From an uncultured Gemmatimonadales bacterium (lineage in GTDB: Bacteria; Gemmatimonadota; Gemmatimonadetes; Longimicrobiales; RSA9), in the NCBI GenBank assembly GCA_963783305.1, contig CAWAMW010000007.1:96001-160000 (forward strand): a stretch of DNA of 64,000 nucleotides, in the 5' to 3' direction. Under the pieces are notes generated by a model. The model searched no databases. It saw only the letters and a list, made by a program, of their open reading frames with translations, and had not been told where the DNA came from. The position numbers were made by a program, and so were the translations under genes. Of this stretch, positions 28,771 to 35,833 are shown in pieces (position 1 is the first letter of the stretch; each line of letters begins with the position of its first letter).

Positions 28771-29753
28771 TGCGGGGATACTTTAAGGGCGCGCTTCTGC
28801 TGACGACTCTCCTGCTGGCGCCAGTGGCGGCCCCTGCCCAGGAGGCGCTCCTGCTGGTGGTCAACAAGAGCGAGAGCTCTCTCTCGCTGATAGCTCCGGC
28901 GACCGGGGAGGAGGTCGGCCGCGTGAGCACGGCCTTCGCACCGCACGAGGTGGCGGTGTCGCGGGACGGCCGCTGGGCCTACGTGACCGACTACGGTACG
29001 GGGCCGCGCCCCGGCCGCACCGTGACCGTCATCGACGTCCCGGGCCGGCGGGTGGCGCGCACGCTGGACCTGGGTCGTCATACCCGGCCGCATGGCGTCG
29101 CGGTGGCTCCGGATGGAACGCTCTGGATCACGACGGAGGGCACGGCCCACGCGCTCCGCGTGGACCCGGAGACTGGCGCGATCCTGACGGAGGCGGAGAC
29201 GGGCGAGCGGGTCACGCACATGGTGGTGGTCTCCACCTCGGCGAATCGGCTGTACACCGCCAACATCGGGAGTGGCACCGTCACGGCCCTGGACGGGGAG
29301 ACGGGCGCCGTGATGGCGCAGATCGAGACGGGAGCGGGGACCGAGGGTCTGGCGCTGTCGCCGGACGGCTGGAAGGTGTACGCGAGCAACCGTGAAGCAG
29401 GGACGTTGAGCGAGATCGATGTCGAGACGAACCAAGTCGCCCGGACCCTCGACGTGGGGGCGTTCCCTATCCGGGTCGAGGTGCTCCCGGACGGCCGGCG
29501 AGCGCTGGTCTCGAATGCGCAGGCGGACGAGCTGGCGGTGGTGGATCTCGAGAAGTGGCGCGTGGAGCGCAGGATCCCGGTGGGCGCAGTGCCGGTCGGC
29601 ATACAGATCGCGCCGGACGGGAAGAGGGCGTACGTAGCGAACACACAGGCGGACAGGGTGAGCGTTGTGGATCTGACGAGCTGGCAAGTGGTGGGAAGCA
29701 TCGTTGCAGGACGGGAGCCGGACGGAATGGCCTGGGTCGAGGGGGCGCAGTGA
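28770..29753 (+). CDS. Secreted YVTN/YncE-type beta-propeller protein
   Basis: Signal peptide; repeats PHEVAVSRDGRWAYVT, PVGIQIAPDGKRAYVAN. Confidence 0.9.
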   Translation: MRGYFKGALLLTTLLLAPVAAPAQEALLLVVNKSESSLSLIAPATGEEVGRVSTAFAPHEVAVSRDGRWAYVTDYGTGPRPGRTVTVIDVPGRRVARTLDLGRHTRPHGVAVAPDGTLWITTEGTAHALRVDPETGAILTEAETGERVTHMVVVSTSANRLYTANIGSGTVTALDGETGAVMAQIETGAGTEGLALSPDGWKVYASNREAGTLSEIDVETNQVARTLDVGAFPIRVEVLPDGRRALVSNAQADELAVVDLEKWRVERRIPVGAVPVGIQIAPDGKRAYVANTQADRVSVVDLTSWQVVGSIVAGREPDGMAWVEGAQ

Positions 29754-31210
29754 GCGAGGTACGGGTTCGATTCGCACCGTCGCCCACGGGCTATCTCCAT
29801 GTGGGTGGCGCCCGCACAGCGCTCTTCAACTGGCTGTACGCGCGGCGGCACGGCGGCACCTTCATCCTGCGGATCGAGGACACGGACCGTGAGCGCTCCA
29901 GCGACGCAATGGTGCAGGCGATCCTGGACGGGATGTCCTGGCTGGGCATGGCGGCGGACGAGGGGCCGGTGCACCAGGCGGACGGGTTGAAACGGCACCG
30001 TCGCGACGCCCTCCGTCTGCTCGAGGATGGGAAGGCCTATCGCTGCTTCTGTACACCGGAAGAGCTGGACACCAAGCGCACGGACGCGGAGGCGGGAGGG
30101 GGCGGATATCGCTACGACCGCCACTGTTCGCTCCATGTCCCGCCCGCGGAGGCGGAGCAGAGGGCGGCGGCGGGCGAGCCGTTCACCGTCCGGTTCAGGG
30201 TGCCGGAGGGGGAGACCGCATGGGACGACATCGTCCACGACCGAACGCGCTTCGACAACGCCGACATCGAGGACTTCATCATCCTCCGAACGGACGGCAC
30301 CCCCATCTACAACCTGGCGGTGGTCAGCGACGACCGGGAGATGCGGGTCAGCCACGTCATCCGGGGCGATGACCACCTGTCGAACACGCCCAAGCAGATC
30401 ATGCTGTACGAGGCGCTGGGGTGGGAAACGCCCGCCTTCGCCCACCTGCCCATGATCCTGGGGAGCGATGGCAGGCGGCTGAGCAAGCGCCACGGCGCCA
30501 CCGCGGTCGGACAGTACCGGGAGGAAGGGATCCTGTCCGGAGCCATGGTCAACTTCCTGGCGCTCCTCGGCTGGTCGCCCGGGGACGATACGGAGGTGAT
30601 GGACCTGCCGGAGCTGGTGGACCGCTTCGAGCTGGAGCGGGTGAACAAGAAGAGCGCCGTGTTCGATACCGAGAAGCTGGAATGGCTGAACGGTCAGCAT
30701 CTGAATCGGATGGCCCCCGAGTCGCTGGAGCCGCTGGTGACGGACCTGCTGGTTCGTCGGGGAGCCGCGAGCGCCGAGGCACTGGTCACTGACCGTGAGC
30801 GTTACCTTCGTGTGATCTCGCTGCTCCGCGACAGGGCGCGTACCGTGGACGACATCGCGGACCGCGCCAACCCCTACCTGACCGATCAGATCGAGTACGA
30901 CCCGGCGGCCGTCGAGAAGCACTGGTCGAAAAAGCCCGAGGAAGTGGTGGAGCGGCTGCGCAGCATGCGGGAGGCGTACGGAGAAGTCGAGCGTTGGGAG
31001 GAGGGGCTGCTGGAGGAGGTGCTTCGCGCCCTGGCGGTGGAACTGGATGTGGGAGCGGGGAAGCTGATCCACCCGCTCCGCGTCGCGGTGACCGGCCAGG
31101 CGGTGTCCCCCGGCATTTTCGAGGTGCTGGTGGCCATGGGGAGGGAGCGGACGCTGGCCCGCCTGGATGCCGCCATCGGTCGCATTCAGACCGAGACTCA
31201 CGTCGGTTGA
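29750..31210 (+). CDS. gltX: Glutamate-tRNA ligase
   Basis: VRVRFAPSPTGYLHVGG (HIGH), LRIEDTD, HVIRGDDH, RLSKRHG (KMSKS). Confidence 0.97.
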   Translation: MSEVRVRFAPSPTGYLHVGGARTALFNWLYARRHGGTFILRIEDTDRERSSDAMVQAILDGMSWLGMAADEGPVHQADGLKRHRRDALRLLEDGKAYRCFCTPEELDTKRTDAEAGGGGYRYDRHCSLHVPPAEAEQRAAAGEPFTVRFRVPEGETAWDDIVHDRTRFDNADIEDFIILRTDGTPIYNLAVVSDDREMRVSHVIRGDDHLSNTPKQIMLYEALGWETPAFAHLPMILGSDGRRLSKRHGATAVGQYREEGILSGAMVNFLALLGWSPGDDTEVMDLPELVDRFELERVNKKSAVFDTEKLEWLNGQHLNRMAPESLEPLVTDLLVRRGAASAEALVTDRERYLRVISLLRDRARTVDDIADRANPYLTDQIEYDPAAVEKHWSKKPEEVVERLRSMREAYGEVERWEEGLLEEVLRALAVELDVGAGKLIHPLRVAVTGQAVSPGIFEVLVAMGRERTLARLDAAIGRIQTETHVG

Positions 31211-31235
31211 CACGGCACCGGGCCGCCTTTACCCT
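31207..31235 (+). promoter_or_regulatory. Sigma70-type promoter for tRNA-Gln-lexA-like-tadA
   Basis: TTGACA-17 bp-TACCCT; the -35 box overlaps the gltX stop codon. Confidence 0.7.
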
Positions 31236-31273
31236 GCCACGTGTGCGGGTCGCTGTTCGGCCGCTCGCCCGAA

Positions 31274-31346
31274 TGCCCCTTGGTGTAACTGGCAACACGT
31301 CTGATTCTGGATCAGAAGAGTCCTGGTTCGAGCCCAGGAGGGGCAA
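31274..31346 (+). tRNA. tRNA-Gln (CTG), CCA not encoded
   Basis: Acceptor TGCCCCT/AGGGGCA; anticodon arm TCTGA-TTCTGGA-TCAGA; T arm CCTGG-TTCGAGC-CCAGG. Confidence 0.96.
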
Positions 31347-31348
31347 CT

Positions 31349-32020
31349 ATGCCTAATCCGCTGACGGACCTCGAACGGGATGTCCTCGACTACCTCGTCG
31401 ATTACGTCCGTACGAACACCTACCAGCCCTCGATCCGTGAGATTGGGGGCGAGTTCGGCATCAAGAGCACCAAGACCGTCTCGGAGGTGCTCCAGTCGCT
31501 GGCCGACAAGGGCTGGATCGAACGCAACTCCTCGCGCTCGCGCGGTGTTCGCCTCCTGGGCCTCGAACTGGGCGCCGACGTGGTGTCCGTCCCGCACATC
31601 GACGTCCACCTGAGCGATCCATCCCTCGACGAGCCCATCGACAGCCTCACGCTGGATCGGCGGATCGCAGGGTCGGCCGGCAGCTTCTTCGTGAGCATGG
31701 TCGGCGACGCGATGCGCGAGGAGGGGATCCGGGATGGCGACCTGGTGCTCGTGGAGCCGCTCCCGGAGGTGGCCCTCATCGACGGCGACCTGGTGCTCTG
31801 CAGGCTGGACGGAGAGGCCACCGTCCGGCGGCTGCGTCGACAGGACGGCCGCGTCCTGCTCGAGGCCGGCCGTCTCGCGCAGACGTCCGCGATGGTCGAC
31901 CCGCGGGGGTCCAACCACGTCCTCGGGCGCGTAGCCGCGGTGGTCCGGAGACTCCGCACCGACCGGCCGATGGGGCAGATGGCCACCGAGCCGCTGGACG
32001 AGGGCGTTCCCGCGAGCTGA
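31349..32020 (+). CDS. lexA: LexA-like repressor with degenerate (predicted non-cleavable) S24 domain
   Basis: LexA wHTH (PSIREIG..FGIKS, L..KGWIER..SRSRGVR); S24-like GDAM..GIRDGDLVLV and EATVRR with catalytic Ser and Lys replaced. Confidence 0.85.
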   Translation: MPNPLTDLERDVLDYLVDYVRTNTYQPSIREIGGEFGIKSTKTVSEVLQSLADKGWIERNSSRSRGVRLLGLELGADVVSVPHIDVHLSDPSLDEPIDSLTLDRRIAGSAGSFFVSMVGDAMREEGIRDGDLVLVEPLPEVALIDGDLVLCRLDGEATVRRLRRQDGRVLLEAGRLAQTSAMVDPRGSNHVLGRVAAVVRRLRTDRPMGQMATEPLDEGVPAS

Positions 32021-32023
32021 GGG

Positions 32024-32518
32024 GTGATCCGCCACGAGCGTGCTCCCACGGATACCGGGCGCCCGGCCGGTGCCGGGGACGAGTACTGGATGCGGAGGGC
32101 TCTTTCGCAGGCCCGGATCGCGGCCGCCGCCGACGAGGTGCCCGTAGGAGCCGTGGTGGTGGTCGATGACCAGCTCATCGCCGAAGCCCACAACCAGCCT
32201 CGGTCCCTCCACGACCCCACCGCTCACGCCGAAGTGCTCGCACTTCGCTCCGCCGCCGCATCCCTCGGCCACTGGTGGCTGAACGGAGCTACGCTCTACG
32301 TCACTCTGGAACCGTGCGCCATGTGCGCTGGCGCCACCGTGCTCTCCCGGATCGACCGGCTGGTCTACGCCGCACCCGACCCGAAAGCCGGCATGGCCGG
32401 ATCCCTCGCCTGTATCCCGCAGGACCCCCGGCTGAACCACCACGTGGAGATCGTCGGCGGGGTGCTGGAGGATGAGGCCGCGGAGATGTTGAGGGAGTTT
32501 TTCAGGGCGCGGCGATAG
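32024..32518 (+). CDS. tadA: tRNA adenosine(34) deaminase
   Basis: EVPVGAVVV, DPTAHAE, TLEPCAMCAGA, DPKAG, FFRARR. Confidence 0.95.
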   Translation: MIRHERAPTDTGRPAGAGDEYWMRRALSQARIAAAADEVPVGAVVVVDDQLIAEAHNQPRSLHDPTAHAEVLALRSAAASLGHWWLNGATLYVTLEPCAMCAGATVLSRIDRLVYAAPDPKAGMAGSLACIPQDPRLNHHVEIVGGVLEDEAAEMLREFFRARR

Positions 32519-32522
32519 CGGA

Positions 32523-32610
32523 AACACAGAACACAGAACACAGAACACAGGGCACAGGGCACAGGGCACAGGGCACAGGGCACAGGGCACAGGGCACAGG
32601 GCACAGGGCA
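32523..32610 (+). repeat. Heptamer tandem array (AACACAG)x4 (GGCACAG)x8 plus partial unit
   Basis: Read directly; begins 4 nt after the tadA stop. Confidence 0.97.
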
Positions 32611-32619
32611 GGAGGCGCC

Positions 32620-32984
32620 TTAGGGTCGGGTCCGGAGAGTGTGGCGGTAGGCGTGTAATTGGCGGTAAAGGTTTTCGTACTGGTCTCTGGTGGCGGCGAG
32701 GAGTTGGGGGGGACCGCGGACGCGTTGTGGTTGATGATGCGGAGGCAGGCGATCACCTCCACCAGGGAGCCGAGGGCGAATTGGATGAAGCGTGCGGCAT
32801 CCCGGCCGGTGCGGCGCTCCGTCGACTCCGCGATGTTGAGGACCACGCTGACGCTCGCCCGGCGAAGTTGCTCCGAGAGGTTGAATCGCTCGGCCGATGG
32901 AAGCATCGCTGCCGTCTCATACGCGAGCGTCAGACACTCTTCAGCTCGTCTATAAACCCGGAGATCCTCGAACACGAACGCCAT
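32620..32984 (-). pseudogene. Four-helix-bundle protein (23S rRNA-IVP/TIGR02436-like), frameshifted at G7 run 32706-32712
   Basis: MAFVFEDLRVYRRA...ERFNLSEQLRRASVSVVLNIAE...ALGSLVEV; adding one base in the run gives ...VPPQLLAATRDQYENLYRQLHAYRHTLRTRP* (121 aa). Confidence 0.85.
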
Positions 32985-33080
32985 GCCCCCAAACAAAGCC
33001 CCCCCGAGGGGCAACACCATGGCCAGTGGGGTCAGGACCCCCCCTCGAGCAGATCCGCTCGTCGTACAATTTGCGAACCA

Positions 33081-33150
33081 TGCCCTGTGAACTGGGCGCT
33101 TTAATCTGTAATCTGTGACCTGTAATCTGTGACCCGTAATCTGTGACCTT
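33081..33150 (+). repeat. Degenerate heptamer array (TAATCTG/TGACCTG), inverted relative to the 32523 array
   Basis: TGCCCTG TGAACTG at 33081-33094, then TAATCTG TAATCTG TGACCTG TAATCTG TGACCCG TAATCTG TGACCTT at 33102-33150. Confidence 0.9.
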
Positions 33151-33157
33151 ATAAGCC

Positions 33158-34096
33158 GTGACCTACCCGATCCTCGTATCCGCAGAAGTCGACCAGTTCC
33201 TTCGCAACGTGTCCGTCCCCGACGACATCGAGGTCCACATCCTCCAGCCGGGCGAAGAAGTGCCGGGGGGGGAGTACGTGGGGATCCTGCCGGTGCTCAC
33301 GCGGGCCATCGGTCCGGCGCAGCTCGACCGGCTGCCGGCGCTCAGGGTGGTGGCCAACATGGCGGTCGGCTACGACAACGTGGACGTCGCCGCGGCGCGC
33401 GAGCGGGGGGTCGAGGTGACCAATACCCCCGACGTTCTGACCGGCGCCACGGCCGAGCTGACGTGGGCGCTTATCCTCGCCACCGCCCGCAGGGTGGGGG
33501 AGGGGGAGCGTCTCGTCCGGGCCGGCGAATGGGAGGGGTGGGAACCGACGCAGCTCCTCGGGATGGGGTTGGCAGGAAAGACGCTCGGCATCGCGGGTGC
33601 GGGGCGGATCGGCCGCGAAGTGGGGCGGCGAGCCGCTGTCTTCGGCATGGAGGTGGCCTATTGGGGCCGTACAGGCCGGCCCGAATGGGAGCGGGAGACC
33701 GGCGCCCGGCCCACCTCGGACCTCGGGGAGCTCGCCGCCGTCGCCGACATCCTGTCCGTTCATCTCGCCTCCACTCCCCACACCCGCCGCATCATCGACG
33801 GCACCGTGCTGGATCGGATGAAGGAGAACGCGATCCTGGTCAACACCTCCCGCGGCGATGTCGTCGATGAGGGGGCGCTGATCGAGCGACTGGAGTCAGG
33901 ACGGCTGAGGGCGGGGCTGGACGTGTACGCGGCTGAGCCGAAGATCCCGGAGCGGCTGCGTCGGCTCCCGAACGTCGTGCTCCTGCCACACCTCGGCAGT
34001 GCCACGCGCGAGACCCGTCAGGAGATGTTCGACCTGGCCTGGCAGAACCTGCTGCGTTGTGTGCGCGGCGAGCCCCCGCTTACCCCGGTCGGCTGA
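33158..34096 (+). CDS. D-isomer 2-hydroxyacid dehydrogenase (glyoxylate/glycerate reductase-like)
   Basis: AVGYDNVD, NTPDVLT.ATAE, GAGRIG, NTSRG, GLDVY..EP, LPHLGSAT. Confidence 0.93.
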   Translation: MTYPILVSAEVDQFLRNVSVPDDIEVHILQPGEEVPGGEYVGILPVLTRAIGPAQLDRLPALRVVANMAVGYDNVDVAAARERGVEVTNTPDVLTGATAELTWALILATARRVGEGERLVRAGEWEGWEPTQLLGMGLAGKTLGIAGAGRIGREVGRRAAVFGMEVAYWGRTGRPEWERETGARPTSDLGELAAVADILSVHLASTPHTRRIIDGTVLDRMKENAILVNTSRGDVVDEGALIERLESGRLRAGLDVYAAEPKIPERLRRLPNVVLLPHLGSATRETRQEMFDLAWQNLLRCVRGEPPLTPVG

Positions 34097-34191
34097 CGAG
34101 TATTGGCTCGGTTCCACTCGCACGGAGCTTGCACTGTATCCGGGCGAGAACGAGAGAAACCGGACCCCTCGAACGAGTCCTGGAGGACAAG

Positions 34192-34398
34192 ATGATCAGC
34201 AAGCTCATGAACATGATGGCATACCGTAAGGCCCCGAAGGCGACCTACCTCCTGAAGCACCCCGTGAAGGGTGGAAAGGCGCTGCTGGCCGCAAAGGGCG
34301 GCAAGGCGCTGTTCACCGGCCGGACCGGCCTTCTGCTGGGCGCGCTGGCCGCGGTCCCGGTGGGCCTGTGGGCCGCCAGCCAGGTAGGGAACGGCTGA
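34192..34398 (+). CDS. Small basic protein with C-terminal TM (68 aa)
   Basis: SD GGAGG; MISKLMNMMAYRKAPKATYLLKHPVKG...; followed by a hairpin. Confidence 0.7.
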   Translation: MISKLMNMMAYRKAPKATYLLKHPVKGGKALLAAKGGKALFTGRTGLLLGALAAVPVGLWAASQVGNG

Positions 34399-34429
34399 TC
34401 CCCGGCTGGACCTGAACGATCCTGAAGCG

Positions 34430-34461
34430 GAAGAGCCGGCGCCCGAGGGCGCCGGCTCTTC
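34430..34461. terminator. Bidirectional terminator-like hairpin
   Basis: GAAGAGCCGGCGCCC-GA-GGGCGCCGGCTCTTC inverted repeat between convergent genes. Confidence 0.75.
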
Positions 34462-34506
34462 TCTCATTCAGGCGTTCGCGGCATGACGCCGCGAGCCCCG
34501 CTCAGC

Positions 34507-35802
34507 CTAATTGCAGAGGCTGTCGGGTGTGTTTGTGTTCCGATCACACTCGGCGACCGGGATCGGCATGAACGTGTACTTCACCGGCTCGTTGAATCGC
34601 CGCAGGTCCGCGAAGCGAACGGCCTGGAGGTAGAGCTCGTAGCCGCGCTCCTCGAGGATGGCGTCGAGCATGGCCCCCGGCGTGGGGACGTCCGTTGTCG
34701 TGAGGGCGGGGAGACAGGCGACCGGCTCGGGCAGCGGGGAATCGCACTGGGTCCGAACCTCGTTCACCAGCGCGAGGGCCTGGGGGAGGTTCAGGTTGCC
34801 GTCACGGGCGTAGACCTCGGCCTGGATCAGCTTCATCTCGTCGGGAAGATAGACCGGGTACGAGTCGGACCGCTGCATGTAGCGGAGCACGTCATCGAGG
34901 GCCAGCTCACCGGCGCTCGGGCTCGTGATCTCCGCTTCCGCCACCCAGTAGGCCCAGCGCTGGTCCTCGGGGTCCGCATCGGCCCAGAAGGCCTCTTCCG
35001 CGCGCAGCGCGTAGGCGTTGCCCGACGCGTACCACATGTTCCAGAGCGGGTTGGCATCGAGCCCCTCGAAGCGGAACTCCGAAAAGACGGTCTGGTCCAC
35101 CCGCTGGGCGGCCGTCAGGGCGTCATCATAGCGCTCGGCCATGAGCGAGAAGCGCGCGATCATGGCGTCGATGCTGTTCTCAAGGTCGAAGCCGTTGGCC
35201 ACCACCTGGCTGTAGAACTCGGTCGGAGCCGGCGTATCCTGGAGGTGCTGTCGCGCCTCGTTCAACAGGTCCAGTGCCTCGTCGATGAGCGCCTCCCGGG
35301 ACACGAACTCCGGATTGGACAGGTTAGGCCCGACCATGATCGGCGCCCGCTCGTATATCTGGTAGAGCTGTCCGAAAGCGAGACCCTTGTAGAACTTGCC
35401 CAGCGCCGTCAGCCCGCTGGTGTAGCCGGCCGGCAGCCCCACATCGTCCGCGGCGTCGATCACCACGTTGGCGACGCGGATCACGTCATACATCCCGAAC
35501 CACGTGCCCGTGGAGGGCCCTTCCGTGCCGTCGATCTCGCGGCCCAGGTCCGCGTCCTGATAGCTCTCGAACGTCTCGGGGATCGCGCCGATCTCGTCCG
35601 TGATGAGCCCGACGGTGTAGACCGGGTCCACCAGGTTGTTGCTGTACACCGCCTGCAGCCCGATGGCGACCTGCCGGAGCCCATCGGCGGTGGTGACCGC
35701 CAGCTCCTCGCTCGGGTTGTTCGGGTCCGTGAGGTCCATGTCGCAGGCCCCGAGCGCGAGCGCGCCGAGCAGCGGCAGGGTCCAGATCGTCATTCTCTTC
35801 AT
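34507..35802 (-). CDS. SusD/RagB-family outer membrane lipoprotein
   Basis: Lipobox LGAC; EMKLIQAEVYAR, LVNEVR, ILEERGYEL, RFADLRRF, PIPVAE. Confidence 0.9.
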   Translation of the reverse strand: MKRMTIWTLPLLGALALGACDMDLTDPNNPSEELAVTTADGLRQVAIGLQAVYSNNLVDPVYTVGLITDEIGAIPETFESYQDADLGREIDGTEGPSTGTWFGMYDVIRVANVVIDAADDVGLPAGYTSGLTALGKFYKGLAFGQLYQIYERAPIMVGPNLSNPEFVSREALIDEALDLLNEARQHLQDTPAPTEFYSQVVANGFDLENSIDAMIARFSLMAERYDDALTAAQRVDQTVFSEFRFEGLDANPLWNMWYASGNAYALRAEEAFWADADPEDQRWAYWVAEAEITSPSAGELALDDVLRYMQRSDSYPVYLPDEMKLIQAEVYARDGNLNLPQALALVNEVRTQCDSPLPEPVACLPALTTTDVPTPGAMLDAILEERGYELYLQAVRFADLRRFNEPVKYTFMPIPVAECDRNTNTPDSLCN

Positions 35803-35833
35803 GCCCTTAGCTCCTGTCGTAGTCATCGGTCGC

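Noticed and set aside
31229..32604. Cys-rich ORFs beginning MPCALCPVPCALCP
   Set aside because: Translations of the heptamer array running antisense to tadA and lexA; not credible proteins.
32620..32984. Diversity-generating retroelement, given the Avd-like fold
   Set aside because: No reverse transcriptase and no TR/VR repeat pair seen in the window.
32523..33150. CACAG/CTGTG cores resemble the RSS/Transib heptamer CACAGTG
   Set aside because: Only 5 of 7 bases match, there is no nonamer or 12/23 spacing and no recombinase; treated as coincidence.
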